DNA from: Bacteroidota bacterium
Lineage (GTDB): Bacteria; Bacteroidota; Bacteroidia; JABDFU01
NCBI GenBank assembly: GCA_016183775.1
Contig: JACPDY010000002.1
Location: 16,060-80,059, forward strand
Direction: 5' to 3'
Length of the DNA: 64,000 nt
A program made the position numbers and the translations under genes. A model generated the notes under the pieces. It worked only from the letters and a program-made list of their open reading frames with translations, searched no databases and was not told the DNA's origin. Of the stretch, positions 1-10,002 are shown piece by piece (position 1 is the stretch's first letter; each line of letters opens with the position of its first letter).

Positions 1-13
1 GGTAGATATAAGT

Positions 14-355
14 ATGGTCAAATACATTTCAGAACAGATGATTGAGCTTGTAGACTCCCTTAACTTCCGACTATTGCCTTCTGATTATCCGCTCGCCAAT
101 TTTATAAAGGAAATGACCGGACGGATTAACAAATATGTCCGCTATCTGGAGGAAGAGGATTTTAAAAAAGTTAAGATCAGAATTGCTGAAGACACATTGG
201 CTGAAATGAAATCCGTTATCGCCCGTATTGGAACCACTGCCCCGGATGTGGAGCATAGCACACCAAAAGCAGGAAATACCACGGGGCGCAAGTATAACTC
301 CTACGAGCGCAGGGCTAAGATGCGGGAATACGGCATAATACCCAAACATAGCTGA
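14..355 (+). CDS. hypothetical protein (cargo of the integrated element next to the recombinase)
   Basis: ORF of 113 aa with no recognisable motifs; lies upstream of the serine recombinase on the same strand. Confidence 0.3.
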   Translation: MVKYISEQMIELVDSLNFRLLPSDYPLANFIKEMTGRINKYVRYLEEEDFKKVKIRIAEDTLAEMKSVIARIGTTAPDVEHSTPKAGNTTGRKYNSYERRAKMREYGIIPKHS

Positions 356-499
356 TATTCAGCTCATAAAAACTTTCAAACAAAGTTGAACATGTCAGGG
401 TAAAGGATTATACTTGTAACACATTGATTATCAATGTAAACTGAGGTTATGGTGATCTGTTTAACACCCTGACCCCAGCATAAAAAATGGCAAAAACAG

Positions 500-811
500 A
501 TGAGACATTTAACCTTAGTTGAACCAGCAAACACCTTTGCCATGAGTAAAGAATTACAAAACATAGTAAATGCAGAGATCAAAAGCATCAATCCGGCAAA
601 AAAGCCGCTGACCATAGAAGTGCTTCGCACCTTTCCGGAATTCAGGAATGTAACTGATGCGGAGGCGGATGAAATTATTTTTTCGCTCCAGATTTTTACC
701 GAGTTATTCCATGAGTTTTATGTAGAACTGGAAAAGATGAAACAGCGCGGAGAAATAAATGACATCATTGAGTATTTAATGAATCAGGAACCTTTAAAAA
801 TAGCAGCATGA
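500..811 (+). CDS. hypothetical small acidic protein, possible recombinase accessory factor
   Basis: ORF of 103 aa; its stop overlaps the recombinase start (ATGA overlap at 808), suggesting translational coupling. Confidence 0.3.
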   Translation: MRHLTLVEPANTFAMSKELQNIVNAEIKSINPAKKPLTIEVLRTFPEFRNVTDAEADEIIFSLQIFTELFHEFYVELEKMKQRGEINDIIEYLMNQEPLKIAA

Positions 812-2499
812 GTACACTTTTAAAAAACACAGACCTCTTTGCACGGTTCGGACGGCAGAGCAAGAACAACATCAAACTCGTTACCACGAACGGGGATATT
901 GTTTACACCCGCGTTTCCAGTAAAGAGCAGGCAGAAAAAAATCTTTCTCTTGAAACTCAAAAGAAGGCAATGGATGAATATGCCCGGAAATACAACCGGA
1001 ATATCCTTGCCTATTTTGGCGGCACATACGAGAGCGCGAAAACAGACGGGCGAAAGGAATTTCAGCGGATGCTTGACTTTATCAAAAAGAACAAAGGTAA
1101 GGTCAGCCAGATTCTTGTTTATAGCATGGACCGCTTCAGCCGTACCGGAGGCGAGGCTATCAAACTGGCGGCTGACCTTCGCAGAAAATACGGTGTTACG
1201 GTTCATGCCGTAACCCAACCCACAGATACTACCAACCCAAGCGGTGTATTACACCAGAATATACAGCTCCTGTTTTCTGAATACGACAATCAATTACGTA
1301 AACAGAAAGCAATGGCCGGCATGAAAGAGAAATTTGAAAAGGGGATTTGGGTTGTAAAGCCACCGCAGGGCTATGATATTATACGTATAAACGGTGATAG
1401 GCGAATTGTCTTGAATGAACAGGGAAAGAAAATCAAAAAGGCATGGGACTGGAAGCTACGCGGCATGAAAAATGACGACATAGTTGCCAAACTCCGCTCA
1501 ATGGGAGTGAATATGTACAAACAGCAGATTCATAAAATCTTTACGAATCCTTTTTACTGCGGCATGATCTCACACGGAATGCTGAACGGAAAAGTAGTGG
1601 AAGGAACCCATGAGCCAATGGTCAGCCGGGATGTTTTTCTGAAAGTGAATGGCTTCATTAGAACTTCTGCGAAATACGGGGTTCCGCATTGCAAGGAGAA
1701 CGAGAATGTGCCCCTGAAGGTTTTCGTAAAGTGCTCGGATTGCGGTGAGCCGTTTACAGGATATATCGTAAAGGCAAAGGGGCTGTATTACTACAAATGC
1801 CGGACCAAGGGCTGCAAATGCAACCGGAGCGCCAAGCAGATGCACGAGCTGTTCCTGAAGCATCTGGCGCAGTATGCCGTAAAAAAGGAAGTAGCCAAAG
1901 CCCCCTTACTTTACCAACTGGAGCACACCTATGAAAAGTTAACCCAGGGCGACACCGACCAGGAACAACTCGTAAAATCCCAGCTTGCTGAGGTGGATAA
2001 GAAAATTGAAAGTATAGAGGAGGCTCACTATGTTCTCAAGCAAATGCCGAAAGATTCCTTCGACCGTTTTTACGTAAAATACGCCACCGAAAAGAAGCGA
2101 ATCATCGAGCAATTGGAGAAGCTCGGCAGCAACATTTCGAACCCGCAGACCTATTTTAAGGCGGCAATTATTGTGAGCCAAAAGCTCGCTTCTCTATGGG
2201 GGAAATCAGGTATTTCCATCAAGGAGCGACTACAAAAGCTGGTATTCCCTGAAGGATTGGCGTATGATCGGGAAAAGGGGGCATTTCGAACCCCAAAAGT
2301 CAACCTGATTTTTGAATTAATCAGCTATTTTTCGAATGGAAATGGGGGCAATAAAAAAGGACTGCCCCCTTTTTTACGAGGGCAGTCCCTTTCAGCGGAG
2401 AGGGTGGGATTCGAACCCACGTTACCTTTCGGTAAACACGCTTTCCAAGCGTGCGCGTTCGGCCACTCTGCCACCTCTCCTGTACTAGTTTTTACCTAG
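808..2499 (+). CDS. large serine recombinase (resolvase-type catalytic domain, recombinase domain and zinc ribbon)
   Basis: N-terminal Y-T-R-V-S-S-K-E-Q catalytic serine motif and DRFSR; central recombinase domain; C-terminal Cys cluster CSDCGEP...YKCRTKGCKC. The last ~45 codons run antisense through the tRNA-Ser and its terminator. Confidence 0.85.
   Translation: MSTLLKNTDLFARFGRQSKNNIKLVTTNGDIVYTRVSSKEQAEKNLSLETQKKAMDEYARKYNRNILAYFGGTYESAKTDGRKEFQRMLDFIKKNKGKVSQILVYSMDRFSRTGGEAIKLAADLRRKYGVTVHAVTQPTDTTNPSGVLHQNIQLLFSEYDNQLRKQKAMAGMKEKFEKGIWVVKPPQGYDIIRINGDRRIVLNEQGKKIKKAWDWKLRGMKNDDIVAKLRSMGVNMYKQQIHKIFTNPFYCGMISHGMLNGKVVEGTHEPMVSRDVFLKVNGFIRTSAKYGVPHCKENENVPLKVFVKCSDCGEPFTGYIVKAKGLYYYKCRTKGCKCNRSAKQMHELFLKHLAQYAVKKEVAKAPLLYQLEHTYEKLTQGDTDQEQLVKSQLAEVDKKIESIEEAHYVLKQMPKDSFDRFYVKYATEKKRIIEQLEKLGSNISNPQTYFKAAIIVSQKLASLWGKSGISIKERLQKLVFPEGLAYDREKGAFRTPKVNLIFELISYFSNGNGGNKKGLPPFLRGQSLSAERVGFEPTLPFGKHAFQACAFGHSATSPVLVFT
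2350..2388 (-). terminator. rho-independent terminator of tRNA-Ser
   Basis: Inverted repeat GGACTGCCC (2359-2367) / GGGCAGTCC (2380-2388), followed on the minus strand by TTTTTTATT. Confidence 0.6.
2396..2480 (-). tRNA. tRNA-Ser (anticodon GGA), type II with long variable arm
   Basis: Reverse complement reads GGAGAGGTGGCAGAGTGGCCGAACGCGCACGCTTGGAAAGCGTG...GGGTTCGAATCCCACCCTCTCC: 7-bp acceptor stem, anticodon loop TTGGAAA, long variable arm, T-loop GGTTCGAATCC. Confidence 0.85.
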
Positions 2500-2768
2500 A
2501 CCACCTTTTTGCATTTGCAAGCAATTTGCAAGCGCTTTGGGTCAGTCCTGGTTAAATTATAATTTAAATTTTTAAGGTTACAAATGTAGGATTTTCAACT
2601 GAACTTCCCCCAATTAATCGTTGCATTCAGGTGTTTTATTATCTGTGAGGCTATTAATATAACGTGCTTATAGGACACCTTCTGTTCTATAAGATCACGT
2701 TATGTTAAGATAGCCTTGGATTTTTAGCTAAGGATTGCTTTTATTACCTTGCATTAGGATTTAACATC

Positions 2769-3512
2769 ATGGAATCATTTGATAAAATATATAAATACTT
2801 GCCATTGTTTACTTTGTGGGCTTTAATCCTATGCTCAGTAAGATTAGTGCTGTATTATATGCAATTTGGAATAAACATTATTCCATTCGTTTCTTTAGGA
2901 GAAATAACTAAAAGCATACTTGATATTCTTGTCCCAATTTTTTTAACATGTTTACTTTTTTTCGGCCATTTATATTTTTACATTATTACCCATAAATCTT
3001 ACAATGAAAAGAAGTCAATAAAAATTCAAACGAGCGCCTCGATTTTTAGAAAATTAAATATTTTCAATTTTGGCAATAAGTATGCAACACTAATTTTCAC
3101 TAACATGATGTTGTTACTGTATTCATTTTCTTCAATTTATATAAGCTATTTCCGTAAATCTGAGTTGTTGAAAATTCTAATTTTCGCAACAGGCATATTA
3201 TGCATTCTTAAACTAATACTTGATTTATTTGCGGTTAATAAAGATGACCTTGATGCATATGTAAAACAAGGCCGAGATCTCAGAACTTTAGTCTTTATAT
3301 CCTTTTTACATATAAGTTTAGCCCTGGTTCTAATCTCTCCTTCCATTGAAAAATGGACGTGCCTTAACTTTCCAGATAAAGTTTCATTTAAGTATGCTTC
3401 TAAAGTAATAAGTAGTGATGTCATAAACTATTACATTGGTTCTACAGAAAATAATTTATTTATGTATGATTTACTTTCAAAAAAACAACCGTATATAAAA
3501 TGGATCACATAG
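2769..3512 (+). CDS. hypothetical polytopic membrane protein (AT-rich islet)
   Basis: 247 aa with several hydrophobic segments; very AT-rich codon usage; no recognisable motif. Confidence 0.35.
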   Translation: MESFDKIYKYLPLFTLWALILCSVRLVLYYMQFGINIIPFVSLGEITKSILDILVPIFLTCLLFFGHLYFYIITHKSYNEKKSIKIQTSASIFRKLNIFNFGNKYATLIFTNMMLLLYSFSSIYISYFRKSELLKILIFATGILCILKLILDLFAVNKDDLDAYVKQGRDLRTLVFISFLHISLALVLISPSIEKWTCLNFPDKVSFKYASKVISSDVINYYIGSTENNLFMYDLLSKKQPYIKWIT

Positions 3513-3547
3513 ACAGTTTAGTCTTTTCAAAAAATACACAATAGCTA

Positions 3548-3994
3548 ATGGACAAGAACATCTACATACAGGCCTTAGAAATTGGAACAAAAAACATGAC
3601 CAATGGGATTTCTTATAATGAATTACTGGAAAAGTTAAATGCATTTGGCCTAAAGCCACATGGCGAATTTCAAAAATATTTTCATTTGTGGTTTTACAAA
3701 AAATTTTATTACCCAGCATTATTCAGATACATAAACTTACCTTCAAATGGAGGTGCTGTTGAAGAAAATGAACTTGAGGGGCATGATAATCAATTCGCAA
3801 TATTAACAGCAGAAGGATATACTGAGTATCTTGATTTTCTAAAGCTGGAACAGGCTAAAATTGATACTCAAAGAGCACATGAATTATCTATGACAGCAAT
3901 TAAATGGTCAAGGATAGCCGTATATATATCCGCAGGAATGGCGTTAATTCAAATTTTACTTCAATTATTTCAATCAAATAATTCCTGTCATTAA
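3548..3994 (+). CDS. hypothetical protein with C-terminal TM segment
   Basis: 148-aa ORF, AT-rich, no known motif. Confidence 0.3.
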   Translation: MDKNIYIQALEIGTKNMTNGISYNELLEKLNAFGLKPHGEFQKYFHLWFYKKFYYPALFRYINLPSNGGAVEENELEGHDNQFAILTAEGYTEYLDFLKLEQAKIDTQRAHELSMTAIKWSRIAVYISAGMALIQILLQLFQSNNSCH

Positions 3995-4014
3995 AAATAT
4001 CTGTCACATAAAAC

Positions 4015-4965
4015 TCAGGTAACATATTGTACCGGCTTCTTTAACCTGTATAATAAAAACATACTCATTAAAACCATTGCCAAACTTGATAATGCCCAGC
4101 TTAATGTTACTTTATCGCTTTCCATTCCCATTTGTTCTACCTCCTTTGGTAAATATCCCGTGTTCACCAGATAAATGAGCACCAAAACCAGCCCGTTGTT
4201 CAAAAAATGAATGATTATACTTGTCCATAACGAACCGCTCCAAACGTAAGTATATCCCAATACAGCCCCCAGCAATACCCTTGGTATAAATCCGTAAAAC
4301 TGCATATGAAAGGCGCTGAATAAAATTGCTGTGATCCAAACCGATAAATGAACATTTTTTGAAAGGTTAAGCATGGATCGCTGAATTAGTCCCCTGAAAA
4401 ATAACTCTTCGCTGAATGCTGCCATAAAGGCAATAACAAAGAGGTTCATTAACAGATCGCCGACAGATTGATCCTTCAAAAATGCTTCCTCAATCTGTTG
4501 TATCTTCAATTCGCTGGCCTTCATCCAGGTCTCAATTTCTGAAAAAACGGCCGGCATGGTCACAGCCTTATTTAGCCCTTCCAGGTACGCAATGAGCGGA
4601 AGGGCTGTAATAATTAAAACACAACTTATAACAACAAAAAGAAATGGAGGAGACCTGTGTAATAAAAAATAGTGCAGTTTATCAGTGGAAAAAAACAGGA
4701 CAAACATGCATGCAGGAAGAATGAACACCATAATAACACTCACAGCTTGCGCAACCTTCATCAGGAACAGGGTTTCCTTGTTATCCATATCCAAAGACAT
4801 ATCGCCGAATGAGCTCCAGATCGTGATCCCAAGCAGCAAAACAAAGTAGATCATAACAACTACAAAAAAACGAAGCGGGCTCAACGCCTTGAACATGCGG
4901 TTAATATTAGATTTTATACCTTTGTTACATAAAAAACAGGTTTCACTGCAATTTTGTGAAGCCAA
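4015..4965 (-). CDS. CPBP family intramembrane metalloprotease (CAAX protease/Abi-like)
   Basis: Three signature motifs in order: FSEELFFRG (EExxxR), FSAFHMQF (FxxxH), IIHFLNN (HxxxN); multiple TM helices. Confidence 0.75.
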   Translation of the reverse strand: MASQNCSETCFLCNKGIKSNINRMFKALSPLRFFVVVMIYFVLLLGITIWSSFGDMSLDMDNKETLFLMKVAQAVSVIMVFILPACMFVLFFSTDKLHYFLLHRSPPFLFVVISCVLIITALPLIAYLEGLNKAVTMPAVFSEIETWMKASELKIQQIEEAFLKDQSVGDLLMNLFVIAFMAAFSEELFFRGLIQRSMLNLSKNVHLSVWITAILFSAFHMQFYGFIPRVLLGAVLGYTYVWSGSLWTSIIIHFLNNGLVLVLIYLVNTGYLPKEVEQMGMESDKVTLSWALSSLAMVLMSMFLLYRLKKPVQYVT

Positions 4966-5005
4966 AGTTAAAAATTAAGGGGCACAAACTATTTAAATTA
5001 CTACG

Positions 5006-5998
5006 TTGATAAAAATAGGTAATATAGAACTTGGTGAATTCCCTCTGCTCCTCGCGCCAATGGAAGATGTGAGTGATCCTCCCTTTCGTTTTGTGTGCAA
5101 ACAGCACGGTGCCGACCTGATGTATACTGAATTTATTTCTTCAGAAGGCCTGATCCGTGACGCGGTTAAAAGTGTACATAAGCTCGATATATTTGAATAC
5201 GAACGCCCCATTGGCATACAACTTTTTGGCAGCGATATCAATTCTATGCGCGAAGCGGGAAGCATTGCCGACAAAGCAAACCCCGACCTGATCGATATTA
5301 ACTACGGTTGTCCTGTTAAAGCGGTGGCCTGTAAAGGTGCAGGTGCCGCATTATTACAGAATGTTCCGAAAATGGTGGAAATGACGAGTGAGATCGTTAA
5401 GATCGCCACCCGACCTGTAACCGTTAAAACCCGATTGGGATGGGATGACAATACAAAAAACGTGGTTGAAGTGGCCGAACGGCTGCAGGATGTGGGAATA
5501 GCCGCTTTAACCGTACACGGACGCACCCGTAAACAAATGTACAAGGGGCAGGCCGACTGGACACTTATAGCGGAAATAAAGAATAACCCGCGCATACGCA
5601 TTCCCATATTCGGCAATGGCGATGCGGATTCTCCTGAAAAGGTGAAGCTGATGAAAGATACCTATGGAATTGATGGAGTAATGATCGGTCGTGGCAGCAT
5701 TGGCCACCCGTGGATATTCAACGAAGTAAAGCACTTTTTAAAAACAGGAACACACCTTACTCCTCCCACCATTGAAGACAGAGTAAGTGTTTGCAAAACT
5801 CACCTTCAAAAATCAATTGAATGGAAAGGTGAAAAGCTTGGCGTAATTGAAATGCGCAGACACTACGCGAATTATTTTAAGGGACTCGATCATTTTAAGG
5901 AATACAGAATGAAACTGGTGACACTGTATGATGCAAATGAAATTTTTGGTATTCTGGAAGAAGTCGTGAATCACTATGGCCAGCTTCAGGCTGTTTGA
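5006..5998 (+). CDS. dusB: tRNA-dihydrouridine synthase
   Basis: LAPMEDVSDPPFR N-terminus, NYGCPVKAV...KGAGAALL active-site region, TIM-barrel Dus family length (330 aa). Confidence 0.85.
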   Translation: MIKIGNIELGEFPLLLAPMEDVSDPPFRFVCKQHGADLMYTEFISSEGLIRDAVKSVHKLDIFEYERPIGIQLFGSDINSMREAGSIADKANPDLIDINYGCPVKAVACKGAGAALLQNVPKMVEMTSEIVKIATRPVTVKTRLGWDDNTKNVVEVAERLQDVGIAALTVHGRTRKQMYKGQADWTLIAEIKNNPRIRIPIFGNGDADSPEKVKLMKDTYGIDGVMIGRGSIGHPWIFNEVKHFLKTGTHLTPPTIEDRVSVCKTHLQKSIEWKGEKLGVIEMRRHYANYFKGLDHFKEYRMKLVTLYDANEIFGILEEVVNHYGQLQAV

Positions 5999-7212
5999 AA
6001 GACAGCGAAATAACGCCTCGTAAATAATTTTACCGGATACCACGCTGCCAAAAGCCCTATAAACAGTACAACAGCGAACACCACTATATAATCGATCGCC
6101 AGCATTTTTACCGGATAAGCCGACACAACAAATGATTCGTTGAATGTTACCCAGGAAAATTGCTGTTGTCCCAAACAAATAAGCGTACCCAGCAGCAAGC
6201 CGCTGAATATTCCGATCAATGTTATAAGCGTACCCTCAATTAAAAATATTTTTTGGATCAGTCCAAGATCGGCACCCATATTCCATAAAATACCAATATC
6301 CTTTTTCTTTTCAATGATGAGCATAGTGAGTGAACCTATCACGTTAAATGTGGCCACAACCATAATAAATACAAGTATGATGAAGGTCCATAGCTTTTCG
6401 GATTTTAATGTTTTAAACAACAGCTCATTTTGTTCGTATTTATTTTTCACCACAAATTTTTTTCCTAACATGTCGCTGATCTGTTGTTTAATTAATTCAG
6501 CATTCACGCCGGAACTGAGCCCCAATTCAACAGCACTTACTTCATTCGTATAATCAAATACCCTGCGGGCGAAATCAATTGGAACAAGTACGTACTTATA
6601 ATCAAAATCATCATTAATGCTAAAAACACCTGAGACATAGATATGCTGTTTGTTAAAACCATCTTCAGGGTTCAAAGAGGTGCTTATTCCGCGTATAGGC
6701 GCGTATACTGAAACGGGAGTGAGCAATTCCCCCGGCCCCACATTGAGCAGGTAGCTGATCCCTTTCCCGATAACAGCCATATTTTGCGGTCCGCTTTTCA
6801 AAATAAAATTACCTTCCTTGACAAGCGTATCAAAACGCGACATTTCCTGATAGTCGTCACTTACACCTCTTATCGATGCCAGGCATTGCTGATCGTTATA
6901 TTTTAACAAAGCATTTTCCTCGAGTACTTCGGTATAAAAACGAACACCTTTCATTTTTTTCAGCCGCCGGATATCAAGATCGTTCAGCTGAAACATCTTC
7001 CCTTGTTTATGCGTGATACGGATATCGGCATTGAAAGAATTATAAAGTGATTTAACAAGGTCAGAAAGCCCATTGAAACCCGAAAGCACAATAATAAGTG
7101 CCATAGTTCCGATACAGATGCCACCTATCGACACAGCCGAAATTATGTTAATGGCATTATGCGATTTTTTGGAAATAAGATATCGCCTGGCTATGAAGAG
7201 AGATAAATTCAA
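5986..7212 (-). CDS. ABC transporter permease, FtsX/LolC/E-like
   Basis: 408 aa; N-terminal TM helix, large periplasmic loop and C-terminal 3-TM FtsX-like domain; start LFIARRYLISKKSHNAINIISAVSIGGI is typical of LolE/MacB-type permeases. Confidence 0.75.
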   Translation of the reverse strand: MNLSLFIARRYLISKKSHNAINIISAVSIGGICIGTMALIIVLSGFNGLSDLVKSLYNSFNADIRITHKQGKMFQLNDLDIRRLKKMKGVRFYTEVLEENALLKYNDQQCLASIRGVSDDYQEMSRFDTLVKEGNFILKSGPQNMAVIGKGISYLLNVGPGELLTPVSVYAPIRGISTSLNPEDGFNKQHIYVSGVFSINDDFDYKYVLVPIDFARRVFDYTNEVSAVELGLSSGVNAELIKQQISDMLGKKFVVKNKYEQNELLFKTLKSEKLWTFIILVFIMVVATFNVIGSLTMLIIEKKKDIGILWNMGADLGLIQKIFLIEGTLITLIGIFSGLLLGTLICLGQQQFSWVTFNESFVVSAYPVKMLAIDYIVVFAVVLFIGLLAAWYPVKLFTRRYFAVFQTA

Positions 7213-7561
7213 AATGCTACAAATTACAGATCAATACAAAACAGCAAACACTCATGAATTCTTATAAAATTAATTAAAAGAATCAGAGATTATATCGAAT
7301 AAGATAATTAAATAGATTTTAAAAACATATTTAGCGGATACTGCCGGCAGGCAGGAACACTAAAGCCCACCAAAAATTCTTAGTCGACATAAAGCTCTAT
7401 TGAGTAATATATGAAATCGATATCTCAGGAAACAGGTAGTCCGCGATAAAGATTATAGTTGAAAAGATCTGATCGAAGATGTGTTGATACTTTATAAAAT
7501 CAACTGTATAAATCTGCGCCTCCTGCTATATCACAATAAAGTGCCGGAAATGAATTGGTCT

Positions 7562-8329
7562 TTAAAAATTGATCGAAATGCCCGCTGTAAAATTAACCAG
7601 GCCAACCACCTGGGCGTATTTTTTTGTATCAATATAAGTGGAGTTGGCAGTAATTCCATTTACGAACTTCACCTCTGTCGACTCCGTTTTGTCGGCATAC
7701 TTTACAACAGTTCCCAGATAATCAACATTTACCAATAAGCCGATCTTGCTTGCCAGCTTGTAATTTATACCCACACCAACATCATATCCAAGCCCCCTGG
7801 AGGAGGGCACTTCAATATTTTTTTCCTGCGTCCACCCTGAAGAAGATGATTCAGAGGTTATGATCGGGAACTTTACAGTTGCAAGACCTGCTAAGATCCT
7901 CACCATAATATCATAGCTTTGACCATCGCTGAAATATACAAATGCACCGCCAAGATAATTGCCAATCAAATACTGCTTTGCACTCCAGCTGGTTTTGATT
8001 GAAGCTGTATCCAAAAATTGCTTTCCATAATCATCGGCATTAAAACTATTCAAAGTCCCGCCTACCATAGCCATTACACCCAAAAAGGGCATTACTTTAT
8101 AGCCGACAGTTCCGTTAAAATGTATACCCATTTTAGCATACCCCGATCCTTCTATTGTATCCGATTTACCATAATCCGACATAGGCAAGCCCCCGCCCAC
8201 AGAAACGCCGATAAATCCATTCGACCATTTTCTATGGCTATGTGAGCCCCTTCTTCCGGGAGGTTCGGCATTTACAATTGAAGCTGCTAAAAAAGCTGTC
8301 AATAATGTAAGCAAGATTTTAGTCTTCAT
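7562..8329 (-). CDS. outer-membrane beta-barrel protein
   Basis: Signal peptide MKTKILLTLLTAFLAASIVNA; alternating amphipathic beta-strand pattern; C-terminal ...GISINF aromatic end. Confidence 0.5.
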   Translation of the reverse strand: MKTKILLTLLTAFLAASIVNAEPPGRRGSHSHRKWSNGFIGVSVGGGLPMSDYGKSDTIEGSGYAKMGIHFNGTVGYKVMPFLGVMAMVGGTLNSFNADDYGKQFLDTASIKTSWSAKQYLIGNYLGGAFVYFSDGQSYDIMVRILAGLATVKFPIITSESSSSGWTQEKNIEVPSSRGLGYDVGVGINYKLASKIGLLVNVDYLGTVVKYADKTESTEVKFVNGITANSTYIDTKKYAQVVGLVNFTAGISINF

Positions 8330-8438
8330 GCCAATTATGATTTTGAAGTTGAACAGATCAAATATAAAGTTAAATTTTTATACCACAGCTAAATGAGTTT
8401 GCGGAAAGAAAATCAGCTAACCCTGCTCGTCTACATCC

Positions 8439-9245
8439 CTATTTCCAGGCCTTTACAATAAGACCGGTACCTGTTTTGTGCTTAAAAACAGTATCCATGA
8501 AATTCAGCACAAAAGCCACAGGATAGGTTACTGCATAGTAAAACGGAAGAATAATAAAAAACAATTTGCTTGTTCCCAGCATTAAAATCGGGTATTTCAT
8601 GGATAAACGCCATGATATTTTTCCCGGTGTGCCATAAGAATAGCGTACCTCCACCTTTGAAAAACCGACAGACCTCAATTTATCCTCAATTTCTTTAATG
8701 TTATAGCCATCCCGCACATGCTCTTCAATAAATGAGGCTTCTCCATCGCCCTGAACATCTGACCCGCCCTGATCGGAAGGTGTAGAAATAAGTAACATTC
8801 CGCCCTGTTTCAATGACGCATAAATGTTCTGAAAAACCAGCACATCCTCCAGTATATGTTCCATCACATCAACCGACAAAACCAGATCGCAGGTATTTTC
8901 CTGCCTGAACTTTGTGAGATCGGCCATTTCAAATTTTACGTTTAACCGACCGATCTGCCTGAAAAAATTATTACAATCCTCCACCTGTTCCTGCTTCACG
9001 TCTATCGCAAGTATTTTCCAATTGGCGTTGATGGTCGATAAGTAATACGAATACTGTCCATAACCCGCGCCCGCATCTAAAACCGATACATTTCCCGGAG
9101 CTGTTCTCAGCCAGACTTTGATCTCTTTGTGAATGTGCCAGGCACGCAGCAGTAATAGGTCGAGCAGGTTGTAAAATACTTTACGCAGAAAAGGTGAACG
9201 GTTAAATACGTTGCCAAGTGTACGTTTTATAGGGTCGTAATGCAT
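8439..9245 (-). CDS. class I SAM-dependent methyltransferase
   Basis: Motif I VLDAGAGYGQYSYYL plus post-I acidic residue (AIDV). Confidence 0.7.
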   Translation of the reverse strand: MHYDPIKRTLGNVFNRSPFLRKVFYNLLDLLLLRAWHIHKEIKVWLRTAPGNVSVLDAGAGYGQYSYYLSTINANWKILAIDVKQEQVEDCNNFFRQIGRLNVKFEMADLTKFRQENTCDLVLSVDVMEHILEDVLVFQNIYASLKQGGMLLISTPSDQGGSDVQGDGEASFIEEHVRDGYNIKEIEDKLRSVGFSKVEVRYSYGTPGKISWRLSMKYPILMLGTSKLFFIILPFYYAVTYPVAFVLNFMDTVFKHKTGTGLIVKAWK

Positions 9246-9374
9246 CTGCTATAATTCTATTTATACAAATCAGTACAAATAATTAGGATTTAGGATTAGG
9301 GATTTAGGATTTTAAAGTTTATTTGCGGGCTTAGCAATGTATTTCATTTTTTGATTCCTTTAATCCTTACAATA

Positions 9375-9788
9375 CTATTTATTCAGCAACTCATTTATTC
9401 GTGCGGCATAATCCATCGAATCGTCAATATAAAAATTAATTTCAGGAATTATCCGTACTTGTTTTCCTATGCGCTGACCCAATTTCTTTCTTATTTCGGG
9501 AACATTTTCTTTTATTAAAGTCAATAAAGCATTCCGGTCCTTAGTACCATATAAACTCAGGTATATCTTCGCAAACGACATATCCGGACTTATACGCACT
9601 CCCGTAACAGTGATCAATGCACTGCCAAAATAATTTTTGCCTTCACGCAGAAAAATATCAGCTACTTCCTTTTGTATAAGGCGAGCTACCTTTAGTTGAC
9701 GGGTTGAATCCATTGCCTCATCCGTTCTCCGGAAACCTTCTCCAGCCGGAGAAGTATGTATTGAAGAATCGGTCTGCAAAGGTATCAA
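9375..9788 (-). CDS. rbfA: ribosome-binding factor A (likely true start at the internal Met, 9713)
   Basis: LKVARLIQKEVADIF...VTGVRISPDMSFAKIYLS...LGQRIGKQVRIIPEINFYIDDSMDYAARINELL matches the RbfA KH-like family; the first 25 codons are probably a 5' over-extension. Confidence 0.75.
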   Translation of the reverse strand: MIPLQTDSSIHTSPAGEGFRRTDEAMDSTRQLKVARLIQKEVADIFLREGKNYFGSALITVTGVRISPDMSFAKIYLSLYGTKDRNALLTLIKENVPEIRKKLGQRIGKQVRIIPEINFYIDDSMDYAARINELLNK

Positions 9789-10002
9789 AATAATGTTTAG
9801 AGGAAACGTTCAATTTACCACATCAGGACTTTCTTATAAAAAACATAAGGTGCGGCGCACCGCAATATATAATGTGTCGGTGCGCCCCAGCTTACATTTA
9901 ATGCTGTAAAATCTAAACCTTGCAAATATTCCGCGACTCTGCCGCTTTTTATAAGAAAGCCACACATACTAAAATCTAAAGTATAGAGTTATATTTGTTC
10001 TG

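Noticed and set aside
820-1218. Antisense and alternate-frame ORFs inside the serine recombinase gene (820..1218 -, 839..1213 +). Similar overlaps occur in other large genes (e.g. 50608..51216, 23589..26202 region, 28392..28622).
   Set aside because: They are fully embedded in longer CDS that have clear family motifs, and they have no motifs of their own. They are typical spurious ORFs.
2396-2499. Treating the recombinase/tRNA overlap as proof the recombinase CDS is mis-called.
   Set aside because: There is no in-frame stop before 2499, and the Zn-ribbon C-terminal domain ends well upstream. The overlap may be genuine (an integration junction). It is kept as a feature, with the caveat noted in the findings.
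9283-9312. Telomere-like tandem repeat attaggatttaggattagggatttaggatt between the methyltransferase gene and rbfA.
   Set aside because: It is a short, imperfect simple-sequence repeat (about 4 units) in a convergent intergenic spacer, with no further structure. It is probably incidental.
9789-10002. Palindromic GGTGCGGCGCACC and GTCGGTGCGCC segments upstream of the ABC exporter.
   Set aside because: The stems are short and GC-rich with tiny loops. They could be a weak terminator for rbfA, but there is no T-run and the evidence is insufficient.
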